64,000 nucleotides of DNA from Clostridiaceae bacterium. GTDB taxonomy: Bacteria; Bacillota; Clostridia; Oscillospirales; Acutalibacteraceae. Shown one piece after another: positions 17,942 through 25,918 of the stretch. Numbering within the stretch: the stretch's first letter is position 1; the number at the start of each line of letters is the position of its first letter. The stretch is from the NCBI GenBank assembly GCA_016287385.1, contig JAEEWM010000005.1:8746-72745 (forward strand), read 5' to 3'. The translations under genes were made by a program, and so were the position numbers. The notes under the pieces were generated by a model. It was not told the origin of the DNA, made no database searches, and worked only from the letters and a program-made list of their open reading frames with translations.

Positions 17942-17970
17942 TTGATATTTTGAATTTTTAATGTTATTAT
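17942..17970 (+). promoter_or_regulatory. sigma-A type promoter of the ydjG/H/I-like operon
   Basis: TTGATA, 17 nt, TATTAT. It covers the ORF-track ATG 17961, which favours the downstream TTG 18006 start. Confidence 0.5.
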
Positions 17971-18005
17971 ATAATAAAATGAATTGTACGAAAGGAGGCA
18001 GCGTT

Positions 18006-19088
18006 TTGCCTGAGGAAAACCTTTTATCATATAAATGTCCCGCGTGCGGGTCGCCGCTTAGGTACAATCCTGACGGCAAGCTGGTTTGTGACTCATGCTC
18101 AAACGAATTTGAGGTTGACGCCGTAAAAAAATTCAATGAGGAGGGCGCCGGCGAGCAGGGCTTTGACTGGGGCGATTACAAAGAAAAGTTTGAGGCGGGG
18201 AGTGAAAAACTCGAAAACACCCGCGTTTACGTTTGCCGTTTCTGCGGCGCGGCTATCGAGACCGACGGAACCACCGCCGCAACGCACTGCCCTTATTGCG
18301 ACAACGAGGTAATTATGAGCGATCAGCTCTCCGGCTCGATAAAACCGAACGCCGTAATACCGTTTTCGGTCGATAAAAAGGCGGCGATAGCGGCGATAAA
18401 GAATCATTTTAAGGGCAAGAAATTACTTCCGAAAGATTTTTACGAGGAGCACCGGCTCGGCAAAATTCAGGGAATATACGTGCCGTTCTGGCTCTTTGAT
18501 TCGGGGATCGACGGCAACACCAACATAAACGCCGAAAACCGCCGCTTCTATTCCGATTCGGATTATGACTACACCGAAACCAAGCACTATCTGGTGGCTC
18601 TTGACGGGTCTATGCAGTTTGAACGCATCCCGGTTGACGGCAGCGAAAAAATGGATAACGACCTTATGGACGCGCTCGAACCGTTTGACTATTCCGGGCT
18701 TAAAAAATTTGACCCGGCGTATCTTTCCGGCTTTTTGGCGGACAGGTTTGACGATGACCCCGACGAAAGTCTGCCGCGAGCGTCGTCGCGTATGGCCAAC
18801 AGCGCGGAGGATATATTCCTTGAATGCGCTTCGGAATTTGATACCGCCTCCATAAAGAACTCCAATTATCATCTTGTAGACCCGGCGGTCAAATACGTGC
18901 TTTTGCCGGTTTACCTTCTCAATATGCAGTACAAAGAGAAAAATTACCGGTTTGCGGTAAACGGACAGACGGGCAAGGTCGTCGGCGAGCTGCCGATAAG
19001 CAAGCTCAAATCGTTCTTGCAGTTCTGTCTTTTCGGTATACCGGCGGCGGCGATAGTATCCACCATCGCGTATTTTATTATTAAGTGA
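18006..19088 (+). CDS. double zinc-ribbon membrane-anchored protein, YdjG-like
   Basis: CPACG...CDSC and CRFCG...CPYC ribbons with a C-terminal TM helix. TTG 18006 lies 7 nt after AGGAGG; the ORF-track start 17961 falls inside the predicted promoter. Confidence 0.7.
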   Translation: MPEENLLSYKCPACGSPLRYNPDGKLVCDSCSNEFEVDAVKKFNEEGAGEQGFDWGDYKEKFEAGSEKLENTRVYVCRFCGAAIETDGTTAATHCPYCDNEVIMSDQLSGSIKPNAVIPFSVDKKAAIAAIKNHFKGKKLLPKDFYEEHRLGKIQGIYVPFWLFDSGIDGNTNINAENRRFYSDSDYDYTETKHYLVALDGSMQFERIPVDGSEKMDNDLMDALEPFDYSGLKKFDPAYLSGFLADRFDDDPDESLPRASSRMANSAEDIFLECASEFDTASIKNSNYHLVDPAVKYVLLPVYLLNMQYKEKNYRFAVNGQTGKVVGELPISKLKSFLQFCLFGIPAAAIVSTIAYFIIK

Positions 19089-19097
19089 GGTGGCGGT

Positions 19098-20357
19098 ATG
19101 AAAAAAGTATTAAGCATTTTATTTGCCGCGTTTTTGATTTTTGCCGTTTCTCTGCCGGTACTTGCCGATGATTACAAGGATGACGTTTACCGCTTTAACG
19201 ATTTCACCGGAACTTTCAGCGATAACGACGCAAAACGCCTCAACGCCGCCGTTGATGAAATGATACCGGGGCTTAAAACCGATTTGCCGGTTTACGTTTT
19301 TGACAGTCTCGGTGAAGAGAGCTTTGATGAAAAAGCAAACTATTTTTACGAGCACAACGGCTTCGGCTACGGCGACGATAAAAGCGGTATACTGCTGGCA
19401 ATTTGCTTAGGCGACAAACCGACTTTTAACCTATACCGTTTCGGTACGGCGAAAACGCTTATTGACGATAAGGAAGAACAGGCGATAGGCGACGCGTTCG
19501 TTTCCGATTTTGCTTCCGTTTCATATTATACGGTAATTGACAGGTATCTCGGCAACGTATCATTCGCTGTAAAAGGCAACTTTACCGCGGCGGACGCGGA
19601 CAGTACGAAGGACGCCGAAAAAGATACCGCTGCCTCGGGTGAAGAGAACGCCGGGGATTTACCGACGGTCGTAGATAACGCGGATGTACTTACCGAAGAC
19701 GAAGAGGAAGAGCTTTCCTCGCGTATCGAGGAAATCAGGGATAAATACGACGTCAATTACGTTATCCTGACCGGCGACGATAACGAAGGTCTTTCGGCTG
19801 ACGGTTACGCTTTCGAGTTTTTGAAGGAGAACGGATACGACAGCAACGGTCAGAGCGCGGTGGTCTTTTATATCTGCTTCGAGCCTGGAAACAGGTGCTG
19901 GCGTACCGCCACAAGAAATTCCGTATATAAAAAGTTTACCGAAGACGTAATAAACGATATCGACGATCACATAGAGCCGGATATGAAGGCGGGCGATTAC
20001 TTTGACGCGTGCCTTACACACGCCAAATATGTAAAGAATATAGTTTCGGGCAAATACCGCAAGCCGGTTGACCGGACTCCCGTTATTATAAGCTTGCTGG
20101 TGGGCGCCTTTGTGGGGCTGATAGTCGGACTGATGCGCCTTGCAAGCTGTAAAAAGGCGATGAGGGTCGTAGCGCCGGTCGACGCGCACGAGTATCTCGT
20201 AAAGGACAGCTTTAATCTGCGCGACAAGCAGGTATACTACCTCTATACCACGGTGACTAAAACCGCCAAACCCAAGTCAAGCAGTTCTTCCGGCGGATCG
20301 TCGTATTCAAGCAGTTCTTCGGGCGGCGGAAGCTCATCCGGAGGCAGAAGCTTTTAA
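19098..20357 (+). CDS. TPM-domain protein (YgcG/YdjH-like) with two TPM domains
   Basis: Signal peptide. TPM-type starts FNDFTGTFSDNDAKRLN and VVDNADVLTEDEEEELSSRIEEI. TM helix, then a Ser/Gly tail SSSSSGGSSYSSSSSGGGSSSGGRSF. Confidence 0.75.
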   Translation: MKKVLSILFAAFLIFAVSLPVLADDYKDDVYRFNDFTGTFSDNDAKRLNAAVDEMIPGLKTDLPVYVFDSLGEESFDEKANYFYEHNGFGYGDDKSGILLAICLGDKPTFNLYRFGTAKTLIDDKEEQAIGDAFVSDFASVSYYTVIDRYLGNVSFAVKGNFTAADADSTKDAEKDTAASGEENAGDLPTVVDNADVLTEDEEEELSSRIEEIRDKYDVNYVILTGDDNEGLSADGYAFEFLKENGYDSNGQSAVVFYICFEPGNRCWRTATRNSVYKKFTEDVINDIDDHIEPDMKAGDYFDACLTHAKYVKNIVSGKYRKPVDRTPVIISLLVGAFVGLIVGLMRLASCKKAMRVVAPVDAHEYLVKDSFNLRDKQVYYLYTTVTKTAKPKSSSSSGGSSYSSSSSGGGSSSGGRSF

Positions 20358-20402
20358 GTAAAAAACAATTTTTGTTAATATAATTTTTATGGAGGAATAA
20401 TT

Positions 20403-21608
20403 ATGGGACTTATTAAAGCAGGCATTGGCGCGCTCGGAGGCACTCTTGCCGATCAGTGGAAAGAATTTTTCTACTGCGATTCCCTCGACGCCGACGTAAT
20501 GGTGGTTAAAGGGCAGAAGCGTATCTCTTCGCGTTCGTCCAATACAAAGGCAAACGACAACATCATTTCAAACGGCTCCGGCATTGCCGTTGCCGACGGT
20601 CAGTGTATGATAATCGTCGAGCAGGGCAAGGTCGTTGAGGTTTGCGCGGAACCCGGACAGTTCACCTACGATACCTCTACCGAGCCGAGTATTTTTACCG
20701 GCAAGCTTTCCACAAGCATTAAGGAATCGTTCAAGACCATAGGTAAGCGTTTTACCTACGGCGGCGATACCGGTAAGGATCAGCGCGTTTATTATTTCAA
20801 TACCAAGGAGCTTATCGATAACAAATTCGGTACGCCTAATCCGATACCGTTCCGCGTTGTAGATAAAAACATAAATCTCGATATCGACGTATCGGTACGC
20901 GCTTCCGGCGTTTATTCTTATAAAATAGCCGACCCGCTGCTGTTTTACGCAAACGTTTGCGGCAACGTTGAGGAAGAGTATTTAAGAGAAAACATCGATA
21001 CTCAGCTTAAAACCGAATTTGTAAGCGCGCTTCAGCCGGCGTTCGGCAAGCTTTCTGCTCTGGGACTTCGTCCTAACGAGATAGTCACACACAATACCGA
21101 GCTTGAAAGCGCCATGAACGAAGCGCTCTCATCCAAATGGCGCGAGCTTCGCGGTCTTGAAGTCGTTACGGTAGCTCTCGGCAGCGTTACGCTTCCCGAA
21201 GAGGATCAGGAGCTTATCAAGAATGCTCAGCGCGCGGCTATACTCCGCGACCCGACCATGGCGGCGGCAACTCTTACCGGCGCTACCGCGGACGCGATGC
21301 GTACGGCGGCGGGCAACCAGAACGGAGCTATGGCAGGCTTTATGGGTATGGGCATGGCAATGAACGCGGCAGGCACCATGGGTACGCAGAACCTCTACGC
21401 CATGGGCGCTCAGCAAAACGCGCAGAACGCGCAAAACGCTCCGGCGGCAGGCGCTGTCGCGGGCGGCTGGGTATGCGAGTGCGGTGCTCAGAATACCGGC
21501 AATTTCTGCACCAACTGCGGCAAGCAGAAGGCGACAGGCTGGGTATGCGAGTGCGGCGCGCAGAACACCGGCAATTTCTGCACCAACTGCGGTAAGGCGA
21601 AGCCGTAA
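20403..21608 (+). CDS. SPFH/band-7 family protein with tandem C-terminal zinc ribbons (COG4260, YdjI-like)
   Basis: MGLIKAGIGALGG start, SPFH-like core, a Gln/Ala/Met-rich linker, and two GWVCECGAQNTGNFCTNCGK ribbons. Confidence 0.7.
   Translation: MGLIKAGIGALGGTLADQWKEFFYCDSLDADVMVVKGQKRISSRSSNTKANDNIISNGSGIAVADGQCMIIVEQGKVVEVCAEPGQFTYDTSTEPSIFTGKLSTSIKESFKTIGKRFTYGGDTGKDQRVYYFNTKELIDNKFGTPNPIPFRVVDKNINLDIDVSVRASGVYSYKIADPLLFYANVCGNVEEEYLRENIDTQLKTEFVSALQPAFGKLSALGLRPNEIVTHNTELESAMNEALSSKWRELRGLEVVTVALGSVTLPEEDQELIKNAQRAAILRDPTMAAATLTGATADAMRTAAGNQNGAMAGFMGMGMAMNAAGTMGTQNLYAMGAQQNAQNAQNAPAAGAVAGGWVCECGAQNTGNFCTNCGKQKATGWVCECGAQNTGNFCTNCGKAKP
21465..21605 (+). repeat. in-frame 72-bp tandem duplication encoding the zinc ribbon
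   Basis: Units 21465-21536 and 21537-21605 are near-identical at the DNA level: GWVCECGAQNTGNFCTNCGKQKAT and GWVCECGAQNTGNFCTNCGKAKP. Confidence 0.9.
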
Positions 21609-21625
21609 TCTAAAAGGAGAAAGTA

Positions 21626-22249
21626 ATGGGACTTTTTGATTCTATAAAGCGTCAGGCGGAAAGCCTTTTGAGAAACGAGGTCGCGCCGGCGGCAAAAACC
21701 GCCTTAAACAACGCGGGGCAGAAGGCGGCGAACGCTCCGTCTTCCGCAAAAACAACGGTGATAACCCTTTCATCCCTGCCTCAAAACGCCGATGAAATGC
21801 GCGCAATGCCGGAGTTTACCCTGGGTGACCCGTTTACGGTGCTCGCTTTCAGCGTGGCTGCGATGAACCGCTATCCCACCGACCGCGAGGCGTGCAGGGA
21901 AATGCTTAACGTTCTCAAAGGACCCGAGCCGCTTACTCAGCGTGAGCTGCAATTCATAAACGACAGGTTTATGGACGGCAGAGATTACGTTGCGCGTTCA
22001 TACTTCGGCGGCACTTCGCCGGAAAATGATTATACCCCGTCGCAGCCGTACACGGTTAAGATAACCGAACAGTTCAACAGCCGCGAAAACGAGGGTTATA
22101 TAAAGCTGTTTCTGACTTCTTCGGGGGCTGACAGCATAAGACCTGTTACGCTCAGAAACAAAGCGTCCACCGGCGAGTGGTTCTTATGGGAGTTCGACGG
22201 TATGCTTTCAAGCATACGCATTCCGAAATCCGCCGACAAATGGGCATAA
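21626..22249 (+). CDS. hypothetical protein, last gene of the operon, with a PspA/Vipp1-like N-terminal helix
   Basis: 207 aa. Starts MGLFDSIKRQAESLLRNEV, then a low-complexity linker and a ~150-aa globular part. AGGAGA RBS. Confidence 0.65.
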   Translation: MGLFDSIKRQAESLLRNEVAPAAKTALNNAGQKAANAPSSAKTTVITLSSLPQNADEMRAMPEFTLGDPFTVLAFSVAAMNRYPTDREACREMLNVLKGPEPLTQRELQFINDRFMDGRDYVARSYFGGTSPENDYTPSQPYTVKITEQFNSRENEGYIKLFLTSSGADSIRPVTLRNKASTGEWFLWEFDGMLSSIRIPKSADKWA

Positions 22250-22258
22250 TCGCTTAAA

Positions 22259-22291
22259 ATACCGCGCCCGGCTTTATGCCGGGCGCGGTAT
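22259..22291. terminator. bidirectional terminator between convergent genes
   Basis: ATACCGCGCCCGGC-tttat-GCCGGGCGCGGTAT, flanked by A and T runs. Confidence 0.85.
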
Positions 22292-22303
22292 TTCATATCG
22301 GGT

Positions 22304-23137
22304 TTATTTTGATTTTTCTCTTATGTAATAGAAAATATACTGCTGAGCGATACCCGCCGCGCCTTTCGCGCAGGCGGGTATTTCACCGCCGAAATAATCG
22401 CTTAACGCTCTTTTTATCCAAACGTCCTTCGGAAACGCCTCTATATGACCGCAGCCGTAAAGCAGCGCGCAGTCGGCAACCTTAGGACCGACGCCCTTGA
22501 TTTTAAGCAGTATTTCGCGTGCTTCGTCATAACCTAGTTTGCAAAGAGAGTTTAGGTCTATTTCACCGCCTGCCACCCTGCGCGCCGCGTCGATAATATA
22601 CTTTGCGCGAAAGCCGCTTCTTATGGGCGCGAGGTCATCCGGCGTCAGTCGGGCGAGGACTTCGGCTTCCGGGAAAGCATACGCTTTTTCCTTTTTCTCG
22701 CCGAAGTTTTCGCAAAGCCGTTCTATTATTCCCTTTATGCGCGGAATGTTGTTGTTCTGCGAAATTATAAACGAGCAAAGAGCCTCGAACGGCTCCTGCC
22801 GCAGTATTCTTATGCCGCTTGAAGCGTTGGCGGCGGCGAAAAGGGTTTTATCGGCGGAGAACTGCTTTATGACCGCGGCGTAATCGCGGCCCAAATCAAA
22901 ATAATCAAACCAGAATTCTTCAAAATCACGCTTTGAAGCGCCCGATATCACTATATCGCCGTTCTGTTCTTTAAGCTCGATATATTTGCCGCCGGCTATT
23001 CCCGACCATACGCCGTCGCCGCCCGCTTTCCAGCGAAAAGCCTGACCGCAGTCAAGCGTTTGAGCAAGGCTGAAGTTTTTTGCGTTCTTTATATAAACTT
23101 TGTCTTTTTCAAAGAAAACGTCATTCATTTCAAGCAC
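22304..23137 (-). CDS. ogg: 8-oxoguanine DNA glycosylase / DNA-(apurinic site) lyase
   Basis: HhH-GPD motif LLKIKGVGPKVADCALLYG and the downstream FPKDVW Asp. N-terminal OGG-like domain. Confidence 0.85.
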   Translation of the reverse strand: MLEMNDVFFEKDKVYIKNAKNFSLAQTLDCGQAFRWKAGGDGVWSGIAGGKYIELKEQNGDIVISGASKRDFEEFWFDYFDLGRDYAAVIKQFSADKTLFAAANASSGIRILRQEPFEALCSFIISQNNNIPRIKGIIERLCENFGEKKEKAYAFPEAEVLARLTPDDLAPIRSGFRAKYIIDAARRVAGGEIDLNSLCKLGYDEAREILLKIKGVGPKVADCALLYGCGHIEAFPKDVWIKRALSDYFGGEIPACAKGAAGIAQQYIFYYIREKSK

Positions 23138-23421
23138 CCCGTATCGTATTTATTATACAGTTTTTATTTTTCCATTACAAGACAAATTTCGCCGCCCCGT
23201 TCCCGGATTTGACAAAAAATGTATACCGTTTTTCATTTTTCGAGTTCACATAAAACTGTAAAATGCAACCTGTGTTAAGAAAAAAAGTGCCGATATTCCG
23301 CACTTTTTCAACTTTTCCACCGAGTTATCCACATTTTTATGTAAACTTTGAAAACCGGAATAAAGCCAATAAAAATTGCCAAAAATACACTATATAATAT
23401 TTGAAAGGCGGAATTGGTTTG

Positions 23422-23706
23422 GTGAAAGGTGTAAATAAGACGGTTATCGAGGTCAACAACACGGGAAGTAAGGTTTTTGACAGAATAGTCTTTTACGTTA
23501 CCGCGCAGTACGGTAATCTTTCGGCAAAAGAGCTGATGAAAGCTACCGAAAGCTTTACGTTTCAGTTTGATAAACGCTCCGGGCGCGGATATAAAAAACT
23601 GCGCCGCAGAATGGTAAGAAAAAGAGTAGTGCGGGCGGCGCTGATATCGGCGGTATCGGTTTTGGTGCTCGCGGCGGCGTTCTTTTTATTCAGAAAAATA
23701 ATATAA
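23422..23706 (+). CDS. small C-terminally membrane-anchored hypothetical protein
   Basis: The ORF-track frame begins at 23401; GTG 23422 follows AAAGGCGGA. Basic stretch KKLRRRMVRKR, then a TM helix. Confidence 0.5.
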   Translation: MKGVNKTVIEVNNTGSKVFDRIVFYVTAQYGNLSAKELMKATESFTFQFDKRSGRGYKKLRRRMVRKRVVRAALISAVSVLVLAAAFFLFRKII

Positions 23707-23715
23707 TCATATTTC

Positions 23716-23744
23716 TTGCATTTGACCGGGGTTTATTGTATAAT
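23716..23744 (+). promoter_or_regulatory. sigma-A type promoter
   Basis: TTGCAT, 17 nt, TATAAT, upstream of ATG 23760. Confidence 0.55.
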
Positions 23745-23759
23745 AGCCTCGGTGATTTT

Positions 23760-24308
23760 ATGAAAAAGAACATATCGCTTGCACTTAAGCTGTTTTTGTT
23801 TCTGCTTTTTTCCGAATTTGCCGCGTTGATGGTAACGATTTCGTTTTCCGTTATTTTTCAGAAGGTAAGCCCGGTGGCATATACCTTTTCACAGGCTTTT
23901 TCCCTTGTTATTCTTGTTGTTTCGGTATGGCAGTGCACCTATATGCCGGGGTTTAAGGACAGCAACATGGTAAGAACCGGTCACATGCAGGAGGATATAT
24001 GGCGCGGCTTTAAGATCGGTGCTCTTTCGCAGATACCGTTTGTTCTTTTCTTTGCGGCGGCGGTGATTTTCAACTTTAATTATTCGGTTTATATTGTCGT
24101 CAACAGCGTATACTGGTCGTTTTTGACAATGTTTTCCGGTTCCGACGGTACCGCGGAGGTATGTATGCGTGATTTAGGCGCAATAAAGCTTATCTGTATC
24201 GCGCTTTTCACGGTGATAGTACCTGCGATAGCGGGCGGAGTGTACATTATGGGTTATAAGGGGATAGATCTCCACACAAAGCTATTCTACAAGAAGAGGG
24301 AGAAATAA
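23760..24308 (+). CDS. multi-pass membrane protein, function unknown
   Basis: 182 aa from ATG 23760 (MKKNISLALK...) with 4-5 hydrophobic helices. Confidence 0.6.
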   Translation: MKKNISLALKLFLFLLFSEFAALMVTISFSVIFQKVSPVAYTFSQAFSLVILVVSVWQCTYMPGFKDSNMVRTGHMQEDIWRGFKIGALSQIPFVLFFAAAVIFNFNYSVYIVVNSVYWSFLTMFSGSDGTAEVCMRDLGAIKLICIALFTVIVPAIAGGVYIMGYKGIDLHTKLFYKKREK

Positions 24309-24311
24309 TAT

Positions 24312-25091
24312 ATGGCTGGCTTTTTCGGTCTTTTTAATTACGAAAAGGAAGGACCCGGTATTGATAAGGACGCGCCGAAGAAAAAAACCTTCGTTGTGTT
24401 TTTTGAAATGTTCAAAATAAACTTTTGGAAGTTTATCCCGATAAATCTCGTTTTTTTGCTTTTGAACGTGCCGCTTTTAACCGGCGGTCTTGCAAACGCG
24501 GGTATCACGCATGTTGTAAGGAACACGGCGAGGGATAAGCATTCCTTCGGTATGAGCGATTTTTTCGAGACAATAAAGAAAAACTGGAAGCAGTCGCTTA
24601 TAGCCGGCATAATCAATATTGTAATACTGTTTCTTGCGACCTCCGCGGCGTGGTTCTATTTTAAGGAGTACAGCGCAACGGGTCGGATCATATGGCTTGT
24701 CGGTTTAAGCGTTACGCTTTCGCTTCTTATGATATTTACCTTTGCTAAGTTTTATATCTGGACTATGCTTATCACCTTTAACCTGCCGCTTTCCGCAATA
24801 TATAAAAACGGCTTCAGGTTTGCGTTTATAAATCTTTTCCGTAATATTCTGGTCGGTCTGCTTTTGCTTGTCACCTATGCGATTTACGGCGTTCTTATCT
24901 GGTTTTTGCCCGGACCGCTCAGACTTATTGTGATACTTCTCGCCGTATGTACTCTGCCGGCTTACAGATATCTTATGATACAGTTTGCGGCTTTCCCGGC
25001 TATAAAGAAGTATATGATAGACCCGTATTACGAGGAGCACCCGGATATGGATATTGAAAAACGCAGGAATTTAGGACTTTTAGACGAATGA
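24312..25091 (+). CDS. YesL family (DUF624) membrane protein
   Basis: MAGFFGLFNYEKEGPGIDKD...F..F..F..NFWKFI start is typical of DUF624, followed by multiple TM helices. Confidence 0.7.
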   Translation: MAGFFGLFNYEKEGPGIDKDAPKKKTFVVFFEMFKINFWKFIPINLVFLLLNVPLLTGGLANAGITHVVRNTARDKHSFGMSDFFETIKKNWKQSLIAGIINIVILFLATSAAWFYFKEYSATGRIIWLVGLSVTLSLLMIFTFAKFYIWTMLITFNLPLSAIYKNGFRFAFINLFRNILVGLLLLVTYAIYGVLIWFLPGPLRLIVILLAVCTLPAYRYLMIQFAAFPAIKKYMIDPYYEEHPDMDIEKRRNLGLLDE

Positions 25092-25094
25092 GAT

Positions 25095-25123
25095 CATCCG
25101 GCAGGATCACCCTGCCGGATATT
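25095..25123. repeat. left copy of the 29-bp direct duplication flanking element copy B
   Basis: CATCCGGCAGGATCACCCTGCCGGATATT, identical to 25426-25454. Contains the hairpin ATCCGGCAGG/CCTGCCGGAT. Confidence 0.95.
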
Positions 25124-25425
25124 GCTGTTAAAAGCCCGTTTTCAACTATTTGCGCAGCGTGAGCTGCGCATTTTGTTTTTCCGGTGACATGTGCGGCGGA
25201 AAAACACCTTATGAGCGAAAACTGCCTTTTTATGATTACGGTAAACAGAAAAACGGAATAATCTATGCTTCTTTAATAATTGCTTCTGATAAGCAAAAAA
25301 TACGAAAAGGCAGTTTTCAAGGGGCGTGGGTGGTATTGGCGGGAGTGGAGTGCAGTCCGAAAATTTTCATAATTTTCGGCGAACGGAATTCCCGTCCAAG
25401 AGCGTGGCGGCATTTTCGACACGCG
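25124..25425 (-). mobile_element. structured ~302-bp non-coding repeat element, copy B (inverted relative to copy A)
   Basis: Its reverse complement aligns with 15780-16084. On the plus strand it begins with the terminator-like TGCGCAGC-gtga-GCTGCGCA plus TTTTGTTTTT (25151-25180). Confidence 0.7.
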
Positions 25426-25454
25426 CATCCGGCAGGATCACCCTGCCGGATATT
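25426..25454. repeat. right copy of the 29-bp direct duplication
   Basis: Identical 29-mer, 331 bp from the left copy. Confidence 0.95.
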
Positions 25455-25495
25455 TCTATACCCCTTTGTCATAAAATTATGACGGAGGGGTTTTT

Positions 25496-25783
25496 ATGAT
25501 ATGCAGAATTGACGAAATGAAGGATAAACAGGTCGTCTGTGTAAACGACGGCTGCGTTCTCGGTTACGTTTCGGATATTGAGCTTGATACCGAAAAAGGC
25601 GTGCTGACCTCTGTTGTTATCTACGGCAGACTTCGGTTTTTCGGTCTTCTCGGCAGGGACGAGGATATTGTTATACCGTTTGAGGATATTAAGGTCATCG
25701 GGGAGGAGACCGTGCTCGTTTCAACACAATGCGGCGCCGGTTTTGCCGGAACCGGGACTAAGAGGCGCTTTACTACCTTGTAA
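25496..25783 (+). CDS. ylmC: YlmC/YmxH family sporulation protein (PRC-barrel)
   Basis: ICRIDEMKDKQVVCVNDGCVLGYVSDIELD...GRDEDIVIPFEDIKVIGEETVLV pattern. Confidence 0.85.
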   Translation: MICRIDEMKDKQVVCVNDGCVLGYVSDIELDTEKGVLTSVVIYGRLRFFGLLGRDEDIVIPFEDIKVIGEETVLVSTQCGAGFAGTGTKRRFTTL

Positions 25784-25852
25784 TTTTGTACAAAGTACAC
25801 AAAAATTAAAACAAATTATCTCTGTTCGTTTCGAAAAATAAACAAAAAACGG

Positions 25853-25881
25853 TTGAAAACAGAGCATAACGGTGATATAAT
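25853..25881 (+). promoter_or_regulatory. sigma-A type promoter of the glg operon
   Basis: TTGAAA, 17 nt, TATAAT. Confidence 0.6.
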
Positions 25882-25918
25882 AATTAAGATAATATACAAG
25901 CTTGAAAGGAATTGAAAA

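Noticed and set aside
23325-23333. Perfect DnaA box TTATCCACA in the ogg / 23422 intergenic region
   Set aside because: It is a single isolated 9-mer. One occurrence in 64 kb on two strands is not far from chance, and there is no cluster, AT-rich unwinding element or dnaA/dnaN context.
15780-25425. Composite transposon, prophage or defence island delimited by the inverted element copies
   Set aside because: There are no transposase, integrase, phage structural genes, or nuclease/ATPase defence genes inside. Each element copy has its own separate target duplication, which indicates two independent insertions rather than one composite unit.
25150-25482. 110-aa ORF across element copy B, and the 72-aa ORF 15708-15926 across copy A
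   Set aside because: The two copies differ by a 2-nt indel, so the reading frame is not conserved between them (…GAWVVLAGVECSPKIF… versus …GRGWYWREWSAVRKF…). There is no RBS, and the sequence is a chain of hairpins. It was treated as non-coding.
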